A stretch of DNA of 64,000 bases from Marsupella aquatica (lineage: Eukaryota; Plantae; Marchantiophyta). Where the stretch lies: the NCBI GenBank assembly GCA_973895155.1, contig OZ316891.1, positions 11,592,771-11,656,770 of the forward strand, in the 5' to 3' direction. Of the stretch, positions 12,138 through 24,729 are shown in pieces. Positions within the stretch are counted from its first letter, which is position 1; each line of letters starts with the position of its first letter. The position numbers were made by a program, and so were the translations under genes. The notes under the pieces are model-generated. The model was not told the DNA's origin, searched no databases, and worked only from the letters and a program-made list of their open reading frames with translations.

Positions 12138-15100
12138 TATTAGAAAAGGTTTAATTGGTAGGCCACCGTCCAAAGTGGTAGACCACCGTCCTTAGTTGTA
12201 GGCCACCGTCCTAAGTGGTAGGCCACCGTCCTTAGTTGTGGGCCACCATCCTAAATTAGTGACTTAAATTAGACCATGAGGTGAACTATATTATAGGCAC
12301 ATGTGAAGGAATGTGTAGCATGAGAGAATACATAATATTCTCGTTTGACTTGACTTTGCATCCAAAGGATGCCACTCCATGTATAAAACCCCTCACTACT
12401 CAATGACATACACACCACATTTCCATATTCTTGGGCTCATGGATTTCTAACATGGTATCAGAGCCTTGTTGCGTTACTTCTGAATTGTGGGACTTCATAT
12501 TTCTTGTGAGGAGAGGAGAGTTGGTCTAGAGAGAGGATTCCCCCTCTAGAACTACTTGAATCAAATTTGAAGAAATAAGAATTGGACTCAATTCCCTACC
12601 AATTGATGAGAAAAGTTTTTCAAGTAGGTACATCGGGCAGCAAGACAGATTTTTTTTGTTGGGGGGGAGCAGTTGAGGCCAAATCTAAGCACGATTAGAT
12701 GGCATTTCAGAAGGAGCAAAGTTTGTCAAATTCACGTTTTGGGAGAGAGGACGCTTGATCTCAAATTTTGTTTTTGGCATTGTGAAGAATGTGACGACGC
12801 AGATGCAATGGAAAGCATTCCGAGTAGGTCATCTGTGGTGAGCAACAATAGAAGTGTTCTATTGTGAATGCAGTGCTTCTTGTAGTGGTCAAGAAGATTT
12901 TTTGCGGTGGCAAGAAGATTATTGGATAGTGATCCAGTCAAAGGCATTGGTCCTTTTCTTTTGAGTAGCGGCTCAACATGACGTCAAACATGAAGATCCC
13001 AAAGTTTGATGGCACATATTTCCAAGTGTGGAAAAGAAAATTGACTTTGAGTTTCAAAGATGAGAAGCTGATGGGAATTGTTGATGGCACTAGCCCGAAG
13101 CCAACAATAACTCCAACGTACACCCCAATAAAAGATGAATTGGAAGAGTGGGATCACAAAGACAACAAGGCACTTCGAATTTTGACACAAGGCATGGAGA
13201 ATTTATAAGCACATCATATCAGTAGTGCCAAGACTGTTGCGAAAGCATGGTCAACACTTCTCAACATGTTTGAAGCAAGTGATGCCATAACCAAGATGTA
13301 TCTTCATGACAAGTTGGCCACTCTCAAGATGAAGGAAGGAGAAAGCGTCATAAAGCATGTACATGCTTTTAAGAGGAATTTTGGAGCAACTTAATTAATG
13401 CAATGGGAGCACCAGTGTCAGATGAGGATGCACGATTGGCACTCATGAGGAGCATGCCTCAAAGTTGGAGGGGGGAAATTATTCCTCTAAGGAGGGATAC
13501 AACTCTTACTCTTCCGTCCTTGATTGCATATCTATTGCAAGAGGAAACGATGCAAAAAACAGAGGACTTGGCAGGGTTGACAACAACACTTTACATTGAC
13601 TTAAGGCTAGGGTCGAAATCTACCATCTCACAAGGTAGTAATTTTGGGAAGGCTAGCACCTCCCAAAAACCATGGAAGGAGAAAGCTTCCAAGATGAAAT
13701 ATCACTTTTGTAAACGGAAAGGACATTTTATTCGCGACTGCAAAGCAAGGATAGCCAAGGAGGGAAATGATGCCAAGAAGATTCAAGCGAACTCAGTCAT
13801 ACATAAGTTGTATGTGGCATCAATTGGGAATTTCGATGAAGGAGATTCAAGTTGGTATGTGGACACAACTGCATGCAACCCAACATATGGCGGATCATCG
13901 AGAAAACTTTGTGGAATACAAAGCTTGGGATCATGCCCAAGTAGTGTATTTGGGAGATGAGTCGACCTTGCAGATTGCTGGAGTGGGAAGTGTTCCCATT
14001 AAACTCCATGATGGTTCAGTGAGGATGGTGGAAAAGGTGCTTCGTGTACCTTGTCTCACAAAGAACCTATTTTCAGTGAACCAACTTGATGAAGAAGGAG
14101 GAGAGGCTATCATCAAGAAAGGTTCATGTACTTTGAAGAGTCCAACTGGCTCTATCATTAGTACTTTCTTTATTGTTAACAAGTTATATAAACTTGGTGT
14201 AACTGTAAGCCTCCACAGTGCAAATATTGCTATCACAACAAGTGGGGCGATGTGGCATAAAAGGCTTGGCCACATCAATGAAGCTAGAATGCAACAACTG
14301 CAAAACCACAACATGGTGGAAGGTATTGGTAAATTTGATGGAGTTTCTTTGTCTAATTGCGGAGCCTGTGCAAAGGCAAAGTCTACAAAGTTGAAATATC
14401 CGAAGGGTGGAAGATCAAAGATAATTGAACTTCTTGCCTTAGTTCATTCAGATATTTGTGGCTCAGTTCGCACTGCCACTCATTCAGGCTATGTCTACTT
14501 TATCACATTCATTGATGATTTCTCGAGATATTGTACCATATATCTCTTGAGGCACAAGTCAGAAGCCTTTGAGAAATTCAAAGAGTATAAAGCTCTTGCA
14601 GAAACACAAACCGACAAAAAGGTTAAGGTGTTGCAGTCTGACAATGGAGGAGAGTACAAGTCGACAACCTTTGACCTATTTTGCAAGGAACATGGGATTG
14701 CAAGGCAATTTACAGTTGCAGAGACTCCTCAACAAAATGGAGTAGCTGAGAGAAAGAATAGAACACTAGTGGAGACAGTTCTATCCTTGTTGAATCATTC
14801 AGGTCTATCTCGATCCTATTGGGGGGAAGCTATTCATATAGCTAATTACCTTCAAAATCAAACACCCACAAAAGCACTAGATGCCGACAAGACACCATAT
14901 GAGCTTTGGTATGGGAGAAAACCAAACTTGTCACATCTCAGGGTTTTTGGATGTAGAGCACATCTTAACATCAACAAAAACCATCGAGGAAAGCTTGACA
15001 ATCATGCCGAAGATTGTATTTTTTTGGGATATCCAGAAGACTCCACATCAAGAGATGTCTATAGGGTTCAACGAACAACCGATCGCAAGGTGATTGTGGC

Positions 15101-17447
15101 AAGAGATGTTCGATTTAAAGAAGACCAGCCCGGTGGAAAAGGCCCAGTTACTTCAGAGTTGGATGATCCGATGCTATTTGAACTTCCAATAGCACTAGCA
15201 CCAACACCAACTCCAGTGGGAGCACCAGCACTAGCACCAGTGGGAGCACCGGCTTTAGCTCAAGTCGGAGCTAATGCACCTGATGTTAGAGAAGAGGCTA
15301 CTAAAATTTCAGGCACATCTACTTCAAGAGGACCACAACCAAGTAGTCCACTACCACGATCCAGGTCCACAGAATCATTTGCAACATATTTTGATGAATT
15401 TGAAGGTTCGATAGAAGATGATGCCTCTACTCACGTTGAATTCTCAGAACCTGAATTTGGAAGGGGAAAGAGGAAGAAGATACCAACGAGGAGATATGGT
15501 TTTGACTCTGATTCAGCCATTGTGGCCTTAGTGATTGAATCTGGTCCAAGAATGGTGGAACCTACTTCTTTGAAGGAGGCACTTACAAGACCAGATGCAG
15601 AGGCAATGGAGGAAAGCCATTAATGATGAGTTAGACTCATTGAAGAAAAACAACACATGGACCATAGTCAAGCTTCCTCAAAATTGAAAGGTGATGGCTG
15701 CAAGTGGGTTTTCAAGTTGAAGTACAACCCGAATGGAAGCATTGCAAGATACAAAGCTAGACTTGTAGCCAAAGGCTATTCTCAAGTCTATGGGGTTGAT
15801 TACTTGGATATTTTTTCACCAGTAGTGAAAATCATATCTATAAGGCTCATTCTATCCTTGGTGGCCTTTTATGACCTTGAGGCCATCCTTTTAGATGTGA
15901 AGACATCATTCCTGAATGGTATACTCACGAAACCAATCTACATGGAGTTGCCTGAAGGATTAGAGTAGTTGGAGAAAATTCTTGACCCTGAAATGGTATG
16001 TCTCCTATTGAGGGCATTATATGGCCTCAAGCAATCCTCTAGGTTATGGTATAAGAGGATTGACACTTTCTTGTTAAACATTGGCTTTAGAAAGTGCGTA
16101 GCTGACTCAAATGTGTACTATTATGAGTCAGGAGGAAACTTTGTGATATTAGCTCTATATGTTGATGATTGCATACTTGCAAGCAATGACACCAACATAT
16201 TAGCTAAAGTCAAAATGACACTCATGAAGGAATTCGAGATGAGTGACTTAGGCAATATACATAATTGCCTTGGTATGGAAATCTCCCACAACAGAGAATA
16301 GGGTTGGCTCAAGATGTCTCAAGAGAGATACATCTTGGACAAATTAAGCACTTTCAACATGGAGAATTGCAAGGCAGTGCATACTCCAGTTGAGTTGGGC
16401 TTAAAGCTAAGCAAGGAGGATAGCCCACAAACTGAAGATGAAAAGTTACAGATGGAGACTGTACCATACCAGAATGCAGTTGGAAGCCTCATGTGGGCTA
16501 TGATCTGCACAAGGCCTGACTTATCCTATGTAGTTGGATCAGTGGCACAATTCATGTCCAATCCAGGTCCAAAGCATTGGATGACTGTGAAGCGAATTTT
16601 TCGGTACTTGAAGGGCACATCAAGTATGGGTTTGGTGTATAAAAGATCAGAATCTTTTATTCCCTTACATGGATATACTGATGCTGATTGGGGAGGAGAT
16701 ATTGACACAAGAAGATCAACCTCTGGTTATTGTTTCATGCTCTCAGGTGCAGTAGTGAGTTGGGCAAGCAAAAAGCAAAAATCTGTAGCCTTGTCTAGCA
16801 CCAAAGCAGAGTACATGGCCTTATCAAAGGCACGCACTGAGATAGTATGGTTGAAAAGACTTCTTGGAGACTTGCATCATCAGCAAGCAAGAGCCGTTAT
16901 TCATTGTGATAATCAAAGTGCTCTTAGCTTACTTGAAGCGTCTCGGCTTCATGATAGGAGCAAGCACATTGATATTCAATATCACTTTAGTAGAGAACTA
17001 GTTGATAGTGGTGAAATAGAAGTAATCTATTGTCCCACTGAGGAAATGGCAGCGGACATTCTCACCAAAGGACTTCCAAAAGACAAACACATTTATTTGA
17101 GAAAAATGCTAGGGCTTTATTAGAGTTCTAATTTAGTCACTAAAGTGGGAGTATTAGAAAAGGTTCAATTGGTAGGCCACCGTCCAAAGTGGTAGGCCAC
17201 CGTCCTAAGTGGTAGGCCACCGTCCTTAGTTGTGGGCCACCGTCCTAAATTAGTGACTTAAATTAGACCATGAGGTGAACTATGTTATAGGCACATGTGA
17301 GGGAATGTGTAACATGAGAGAATACACAAGATTCTCATTTGACTTGACCTGGTATCCAAGGGGATGCCACTCCATGTATAAAACCTCTCACTACTCAATG
17401 ACATACACACCGCATTTCTATATTCTTGGGCTCATGGATTTCTAACA
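12138..17447 (+). mobile_element. Ty1/Copia LTR retrotransposon of a different family, full length but frameshifted and with stops
   Basis: LTRs 12138-12452 and 17152-17447; PBS TGGTATCAGAGC at 12453; purine tract AAAGTGGGAG before the 3' LTR; TSD AGATA/AGATG; gag (UBN2-like, zinc knuckle), integrase (WHKRLGH..C..C, SDNGGEY, PQQNGVAERKNRTL), RT (LYVDD), RNaseH (ADWGGD, ADILTK). Confidence 0.95.
12978..17123 (+). pseudogene. Disrupted gag-pol of the plus-strand Copia
   Basis: ORF pieces 12978-13208, 13403-13960, 13767-15623, 15657-15968, 15969-16301 and 16314-17123, separated by stops and frameshifts. Confidence 0.9.
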
Positions 17448-18760
17448 AGATGTGTTGGCTCGTCCTCCCTTCCCTTCTTTTAAAACAAATGCCTTGGGCT
17501 TGGGCCCAGCCCTAGCCTCCCAAAAGAAAAAATGACTTAGTCAGGAAGTGCCCCTGACTGATGCCCATCCGGGAGTCCACAAGAAAACTAATTTTAGTCT
17601 CCTCTAAAAACGTGCCCAGCCCCATAGGATTGGGGTTTTAATTTTTCTTTTATTTTCCCTCCTTCCCCTTCCTTGGCCTGTTCCTAGAATCCGTCTAATG
17701 CTCTCCCCAAAGGCATGAGGCCCTATGGGGATCCTCCTCCTGCTCCTTCTTGCTGCCCCCAACTTTACCTTGGGCTTGCCTCCCCATGGCACGAGGCCCT
17801 ATGGGAATCCTTCTTTGATTAGTTTTGTTATTAATGAGGTTTTAAACCCCCCTAAAGCCCCCAACTTTAAACTAAACTGGGCCCCCCACAAGGATCTCCA
17901 TACCCGGGGTCCCAAAAATTAATTTGTGGTACCCCTTTAAGATGCCCAATTTTATTCCCTCCCCCCGGGACGAAAAGCCAGGAAACCACGAACTTAGGAA
18001 AACACTAAAAAATAAAAATAAATTACTGTCCAAATCCAAGGGCTCCACCCTCTATGCACCATGACCTTATAATGGCATCAGTAACTTAGTTATGTTAAAG
18101 AAAAATATATAGTAACCATAGGGTATGCACATCTGGCTTATTTACAAAGAAAACCTCATTAAACAGCTAATGTTGGGCTTCGGCCTCGGTGACATTGTCA
18201 CAACTGCCTTCTCATAAGGAATCTTAGCCATCAGACCTTTCTCCACAGCATCTGTAGGAGAGAAAGCCGATGATAACTTGAAATGTGAAGCTAAAGGAAT
18301 ACTTATTGGCTTACAGTTTTCCATGTTGAATCGTGCAAGTACTTTCCCCGCATACTGGCCTTGACTCAAGCACAACTGTCCAGTATCAGAGTTCCTAAAA
18401 ATATCCATCCCTAAGATCCTCTTGGCCTTACCAAGATCCTTCATCCTGAATTCAACACTCAATTTTGCCTTGAGACTGTCAACCTCAAATTGATCTTTAG
18501 TCACAATCAGCATGTCATCCACATAGATCACGAGAATGATGAAACCAAACACATCATTCTTGACTGATTTCGTATACACACAAGGATCATACACCATCCT
18601 TGTAAAACCTTGAGCAAACATAAAATCATCAAACCGCTTGTTTCACTGTCTGGGAGATTGCTTCAATCCATACAAGGACTTGAGCAATCTGCAAACTAAA
18701 TTCTCTTGGCCTTTCTTTATAAAGCCTAGTGACTGTCTCATGAAGATCATCTCTTCCAAG

Positions 18761-20769
18761 TGTGACGGGGTCCCCATCTCGAAAAATCACCATTAGGTGT
18801 TATTGGCAAGATGCATGTAAATAAATAAGCCAATATACACAAGAGTTTTCCAATTTCTTAAAAGTTAATCATCCCGGTGTGTGTTCATGTCGCGCTGGAG
18901 GGCCGGAGCTATTTAAACCCGAGAGGAACTATTTTTTTAATTGACCCTTTGCTCTCTTGGGTCTTGTCGTTGTGGGAGAAGAAAATTAGGCATCTTAAGG
19001 GGATACCACCAATTAATATTTGGAGACCCCGGCAGTTTTTCTTGGCCCCGGTGTAATATGGCGGAGTCAGCTAGGGAGGAGGATCCCGCAAGCCGTGGAG
19101 CACCAGATGGAGTCAGTCGGGGAGGAGGAGCCCGCGAGCCGTAGGGCGGGCCGTAGGGCGCTAGGTGGAGGGCCCAAAGTAAGGCTGCGTGCCCGCAAGT
19201 TGGGAGGCAGCAGGCGCGAGACAGAGGGCCGCCCCGGGAGTAGCGAGCCCTGGGAGTAGCGAGCCCCGGCAGGAGAAGGCAAGCAGGAGTAAAAGCTCCC
19301 ACGAGTGGGGTAGTAGGCGCAAGGAGGAGGCCGTAAGCCGGGAGTAACTCACCCAAGTGCCGAAAGCAAATGCATTTTCTTTCCCACACCTCATTGCGGA
19401 AAGCTCTCGACATATCTCCCTGTTTTTTTTGAAGTATTCCCTTGGCGCTTGGCTTGGAGAGCTATGAAATTTGATTGAGATCTTGTGATGATAGCAACAG
19501 TGGCAGCATTGGGTGACTTTTGGGAATTGAGAGTGGTTCTTGATCGGGAGATGGGGAGCCTCTGGCCAGGCCCCGGGAAGGACTCCCCCGGCAAGGAGAA
19601 TAGTAGGTGTTACACCCACATCAGCGGAGAGTGCCGGCAGTGAGGATTCCTGGGGGTGGAGTCCCAGTTCCGTGAGTGAGTCGGGGGAAGACTAGTGAGG
19701 CGTACGGACGTTGGTCGTACGGATTTTGAATTATGCAACACCTTGGATGAGGGGAATCACGGGCTTGTTGGAAGGAGCTCAAGGAGCTAATTCTGGCAAG
19801 GTGTGGCACGCCCAGAACGGAGTCAGGATGAAGAAGTTATGAGCTCGGGCGTATTACGGATTCAAACATTCGTAACTTGGTCGTCCGGAGTCCGTTTACG
19901 GATTCGTGATCAGGAGGAGCAGAGTTATCTAGGGCCCCCCTCAGGGGAGTAGTTCAAAATGGTTGAGGGTTTTGACCTTGAGTGGCCCCCTCACTTCCCC
20001 GTGACTACCAAGTGCGATTGGCATCGTCGAAGGCACCGACGGTCCCATAGTTAGATTAGGGTGTTAGAAGCATGTGTGTGCCACATGTTTTAATTAGGTT
20101 AGGGATTCCTTGTGGAAGGGTTTTTTGCGGCGCCGCTAGGGTAGCCGCCATCGTTGACCCCGTAAGGGGTGCTTTGGTGTGTTTTTTCAGTATTTAGGGG
20201 GAGAGCCCCGGAGTAGTGGGGGGGAACTCAGTCTAGTGTTTGCTTAGGGAAGTTAGCTCATAGCCAGAAGAGGGAATCAAGCCAGAGTAGTGAGGTAGAG
20301 GTGTAGCACCTGCCCCAGTGAGGCAGTAGTTGGGCAGACGGCAGGAGGCCGGGTTGTCCTTGCAATGTGTTATGACGTTTTGCCAAAAGATATGGATTTG
20401 GTTTGATTCCTCAAGTTTTGGTGTGGCGTTATCTTTTCTGGTTCACGATTGTGTTCTTTCCCCAAGAAGTGTCTAAGGAATACTTGCATGGATTGGTCGA
20501 CCATATGAGTAGGGGGTGGTGACAGCACTCCACCAGCGACCAGTAGGAGTGTGTGTGTGGCGTAGTGCATGAGACTTGATCAAAAGTAGCGGGACTAGTC
20601 GGTAGACTTGATCAAAAACTACATTTCCGGGAGCGGAAATAAACATACTCATCCTACATGCAATAGAATCCTAATAGCGTCCCTCCACGTTCCTGTCATA
20701 CGATAACAAACAATTTTAGTAGGAGTAAATACGTATTTGTCGTGTAAATCATTTGATAAGCAGGTGACA
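18761..20769 (+). mobile_element. Large solo LTR (2009 bp), related to the 10650 solo LTR and in opposite orientation
   Basis: TGTGACG...GGTGACA termini; TSD CCAAG at 18756-18760 and 20770-20774; shares TTTCCGCTCCC.GAAATG...TTTTTGATCAAGTCTACCGACTA with 10778-10820 as reverse complement; AATAAA near the 3' end. Confidence 0.85.
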
Positions 20770-21058
20770 CCAAGTTGCCATAGAGAAAAGCAGTAACAAT
20801 GTTGAGCATAGACGACGATCGCAACGGCAAGCCCATGAACCATCCAACGCACAATAGTCGACACAAGAGATACGTGGTTCACCTCCTTGAGGCTACGTCC
20901 ACGGGAACACACAAGAGAGCTTTACTGAACTCTAAGCCCGTCGGCTATACCGAGTCTCCACAGTGTAAGCTCTCCCTATCTCTCAAGTGGCTCCATAACA
21001 ATGAGCCTTGGTTCTACCTCTCCAAGCACACATGCCTCTTATGATATAGTGTGCAACT

Positions 21059-21238
21059 TAGTTGTACCTAACCACATAGTTGTACCTAACCACATAGTTG
21101 TACCTAATCACGTAGTTGTACCTAACCACATAGTTGTACCTAATCACGTAGTTGTACCTAACCACATAGTTGTACCTAATCACGTAGTTGTACCTAACCA
21201 CGTAGTTGTACCAACCCACGTTGTTGTACCAACCACGT
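21059..21238. repeat. 18-bp tandem array (TAGTTGTACCTAAYCACR x ~10) in the LTR U3 region; second copy at 27178-27357
   Basis: Seen directly; gives the (V/I)VVPNH pseudo-ORFs; units are adjacent with no spacers. Confidence 0.95.
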
Positions 21239-21465
21239 CATACCTAACCTAGACGTAAGAGTAAATACCCAACAATCTTCCCCTTGACTCTGGTCTAGGG
21301 GAGAGTAATACTGCCAATGTATATGATCCCTCAGCGGGAAGTTCTGGACAGAAACCAAACCGGTTTCCCTCTCTAACTAGAGCAAACCAGAACTAAGCCG
21401 TAGCCTAATACATAGGAATGAGGAAGAGCATATATCAGTAATTACAATGAATGTTTAAGAAAACT

Positions 21466-24400
21466 CTACTTGTGATGCAATTGCAAAACCTGCAATACGT
21501 CACGGTGTCTAGAGAAACTCTCCAAAGGAATCACTTTGGTAAATGCGTCAGCCGGGTTGAGTTTACCATCAATCTTGACTAGCTCAAACAAATTATCAGA
21601 CACAGCCTGCCTGATAAAATGGTACCTGACGTCAATGTGCTTCACTCTGCTGTCCATCACCTGGTTCACAGCAAGGTGGAGCGCACTTTGACTATCACAA
21701 TGGAGCTTCACATTCCCCTGTGGCAATCCCATTTCAGTGATAAGTCTATCCAACCAAATCGCTTCCTTTGCTGCTTCCGCAGCTGCAACATACTCCGCTT
21801 CTGTAGTAGACTGAGCAATACACTTCTGCAAAGTAGACCTCCAACTTATGCATCCACCGCCAAGTGTGAACACGTATCCTGTTGTTGATCTCCTTCGGTC
21901 CAAATCTTGTCCATAGTCAGAATCTACATAGCCAATCAATGATCTAGCATTCTTTGCATTCGCATCAAATAAAAGACCATGATCCACGGTACCCTTCAAG
22001 TACCTGATAATCCACTTCACTGCTTCCCAGTGTACCTTCCCTGGATTCGACATGTACCTGCTCACCTTGCCCATAGCCATGGCAAGATCAGGTCTAGTGC
22101 AAGTCATCAAATACATGAGACTCCCCACTGCCTTGTCATATGGAACCTTTGACATCAACCCCTTCTCTGTGTCATCCGTAGGACAGAACGCTGATGATAA
22201 CTTGAAGTGTGGAGCCAACGGGGTACTTACTGGCTTGCTATTCTCCATGTTGAACCTTGCAATTACCTTCCTCGCATAACTGCTCTGCGTCAACCATAGC
22301 TTGCCAGCCTCCAAGTCCCTACTGATCTCCATACCCAAAATCCTCTTAGCTGGCCCTAAGTCCTTCATCTTAAACTCTGCACTAAGCAGTGCCTTGAGCT
22401 TAACAATCTCAGACCTATCCTTGGCTGCAATTAGCATGTCATCCACATAAAGTACTAAAACAATGAACCCAAAGACAACATTCTTCACCGGTTTCAAATA
22501 CACACAAGGGTCAAATACACTTCTGTGAAAACCTTGTGACCGAATCCAATCGTCAAACCGCTTGTTCCACTGTCTTGGTGACTGCTTCAACCCATACAAG
22601 GATTTCAGCAATCTGCAAACCAATTCCTCCTGTCCTCTCTTCACAAAACCTAGCGGTTGTCTCATGAAGATCACCTCTTCCAATGTGCCATAGAGGAAAG
22701 CTGTGACAACATCCATCTGATCTAGGAGCAGACCAAACATTACAACAAGTACACACAATAGTCGTATTGTAGAGTACTTAGCAACTGGTGAGAAGACCTC
22801 ATTGTAATCCACACCTTTCTCTTGTGTGAATCCCTTTGCTACCAATCTAGCCTTGTAGACCTTCGATCCACCTCCTATGGAATTATCCTTCAGCTTGTAA
22901 ATCCACTTGTTGTCCACCACTTGCTGACCCTTAGGCAGCTTAACAAGCTCCCAAGTTTTGTTGTCCTTTAGTGACTGCATCTCCGTTTGCATTGCTGCAG
23001 TCCACTTCTGCTTCTCCTTTGAAGCACTTGCCTCATGAAATGAAGAAGGTTCTCCTTCTTCCAAAATTAACGCATCACCCTCATCATCAGCTGTAAAATC
23101 ATCCTCTTGCAGTTGAGATGAATCAACCCACTGTCCATACCTTGATGGAGCGCGTACAGTGCGACCAGATGTTCTTCTAGCCGATGACTCCGGTTGATCT
23201 GCGTGTGCTGGTACAATTTGAAGCTCAACAGCATCCACTTGCTGCTCACCAGCATCAACAAACTCCTCTGGTTCCTCTGGCACAGGAACCAGCTCCATAA
23301 TTGGAGCAACTCCTTCTCTCCGGTCATGCACCTCATAACCAATCTCCCCCTCAACGAGATCCGGGATAGGAGATTTTCCTTTGTCAGTACGGGAGACCTG
23401 AGTATTCTCCCCCTCCTTCAATAATCTGGATTCATTGAAGGAAACATCCCTACTGACAACGAGCTTACAGGCAATAGGATCCCATAGCCTATAGGCTTTC
23501 ACACCACTCTGGTACCCAAGAAAAACACATTTCCTGGAGGTAGGATCCAACTTGGTCCTATTCTGCTTTGGTGTGAGAGCATATGCATCACTTCCAAAAA
23601 TTACCAAGCCATGATAGTCTGCTTGCCGCTTATAGCGCATCTCAAACGGTGTTTTGAAATTGATAGCACTAGAAGGAGAAAGATTTACCAAATAAGCTGC
23701 GGTATTGACAGCTTCTGCCCAAAATTCTTGTGGTAAACCTGATTGGCTTAACATACTCCGTGACCGCTCCAACAGTGTCCGATTGAGCCTCTCAGCGACA
23801 CCATTCTGCTGCGGAGTATAAACTGTGGTGAGATGGCGAGTTATCCCCTGTTCTGAACAGTACTCTTCAAATTCCATTGAAGTGTACTCCCCGCCGTTGT
23901 CTGACCTCAGACTCTTCACCCTTGTATCCAAACACTTGATCGTGTTTCCAGTCTGATTCTCCACCTGGGCCTTCCACTTCTTAAAAATGGACAAGACATC
24001 AGACTTATGCGTCATGAAATAAATCCACACAAATCTTGAGTAATCATCAATAAATGATACATAGTACAACTTTCCAGAGTGTAAGGGAGTCGGGGATGGA
24101 CCCCACACGTCACTATGTATGTACTCAAGAACCGCTTTGGAATGATGAGTTCCAACACCAAAAGCACGACGATGCTGCTTTCCAAGAATGCAATGCTCAC
24201 AAAACTCTAATTTACAAGATTGCAAATCAGAAATGAGTCCATTCTTCCGTAAGATAGCCAAACCCTTCTCACTCATGTGGCCTAGCCACAGTTGAGTCAT
24301 CTCCTCGTGAGACTTGGTTACATTGGCCTCTCCACATACAGTATTGCCCTGTAACACATACAAATTCTTTTGTCTACTCCCCTTCAAAATCACTGTCTCT

Positions 24401-24729
24401 CCCGACCTGACTTGAAGTTCACCATCAATAACGCTCCATTGATGACCATTTGAATCCAACACACCGAGTGAAATCAGATTCTTACGCATGCCAGGTACAT
24501 ACCTGACTCCGGACACTGTGCGCACAGCGCCATCAAACATTTGAATCTTCACAGACCCAATTCCCTCAATTTGACAGGAGTGATCATTTCCCATCAGAAC
24601 TGAACCGTTTGAAATAGAGTAAGAACTGAAAAACTCACGAATGTAACAAATATGAAAAGAGCAAGCACAATCAAGAATCCACACATCATCTGCTCTCCTA
24701 GATGACGTGCACAGGGCATACCCCCGGCT
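21466..24729 (-). CDS. Pol (protease-integrase-RT-RNaseH) of the young Copia, in frame with gag behind a single UGA
   Basis: Open frame of >1070 codons: WILDCAC (PR), SDNGGEY and PQQNGVAERLNRT (INT), LYVDDMLI (RT), YVDSD and NPADAFTK (RNaseH). Confidence 0.95.
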   Translation of the reverse strand, partial: SRGYALCTSSRRADDVWILDCACSFHICYIREFFSSYSISNGSVLMGNDHSCQIEGIGSVKIQMFDGAVRTVSGVRYVPGMRKNLISLGVLDSNGHQWSVIDGELQVRSGETVILKGSRQKNLYVLQGNTVCGEANVTKSHEEMTQLWLGHMSEKGLAILRKNGLISDLQSCKLEFCEHCILGKQHRRAFGVGTHHSKAVLEYIHSDVWGPSPTPLHSGKLYYVSFIDDYSRFVWIYFMTHKSDVLSIFKKWKAQVENQTGNTIKCLDTRVKSLRSDNGGEYTSMEFEEYCSEQGITRHLTTVYTPQQNGVAERLNRTLLERSRSMLSQSGLPQEFWAEAVNTAAYLVNLSPSSAINFKTPFEMRYKRQADYHGLVIFGSDAYALTPKQNRTKLDPTSRKCVFLGYQSGVKAYRLWDPIACKLVVSRDVSFNESRLLKEGENTQVSRTDKGKSPIPDLVEGEIGYEVHDRREGVAPIMELVPVPEEPEEFVDAGEQQVDAVELQIVPAHADQPESSARRTSGRTVRAPSRYGQWVDSSQLQEDDFTADDEGDALILEEGEPSSFHEASASKEKQKWTAAMQTEMQSLKDNKTWELVKLPKGQQVVDNKWIYKLKDNSIGGGSKVYKARLVAKGFTQEKGVDYNEVFSPVAKYSTIRLLCVLVVMFGLLLDQMDVVTAFLYGTLEEVIFMRQPLGFVKRGQEELVCRLLKSLYGLKQSPRQWNKRFDDWIRSQGFHRSVFDPCVYLKPVKNVVFGFIVLVLYVDDMLIAAKDRSEIVKLKALLSAEFKMKDLGPAKRILGMEISRDLEAGKLWLTQSSYARKVIARFNMENSKPVSTPLAPHFKLSSAFCPTDDTEKGLMSKVPYDKAVGSLMYLMTCTRPDLAMAMGKVSRYMSNPGKVHWEAVKWIIRYLKGTVDHGLLFDANAKNARSLIGYVDSDYGQDLDRRRSTTGYVFTLGGGCISWRSTLQKCIAQSTTEAEYVAAAEAAKEAIWLDRLITEMGLPQGNVKLHCDSQSALHLAVNQVMDSRVKHIDVRYHFIRQAVSDNLFELVKIDGKLNPADAFTKVIPLESFSRHRDVLQVLQLHHK

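Larger units (their letters stand above)
10650..18202 (-). mobile_element. Large solo LTR (~2.2 kb net, probably Gypsy-type) inserted in the outer Copia RT and itself interrupted by a Copia
   Basis: TGTCGTC...TGTCACA termini; TSD ACTGC at 10645-10649 and 18203-18207; removing it rejoins the RT frame PYEKAV-GSLMYLMTCTRPD; no internal coding domains. Confidence 0.85.

Noticed and set aside
18937-19809. Several 60-160 aa ORFs in GC-rich DNA (also 30946-31412)
   Set aside because: They lie in a solo LTR or retroelement leader; stop codons are scarce because of GC content; no domains
21059-21238. 18-bp repeats as a CRISPR array or VVPNH repeat protein
   Set aside because: Units are contiguous with no unique spacers, lie within both LTRs, and no cas genes are present; the ORF is a by-product of an 18-bp period
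21395-21402. Long-range pairing of 3'-UTR CGGCUU with AAGCCG at the gag UGA
   Set aside because: Only 6 bp, and not maintained in the older element (UGA UGC CAA)
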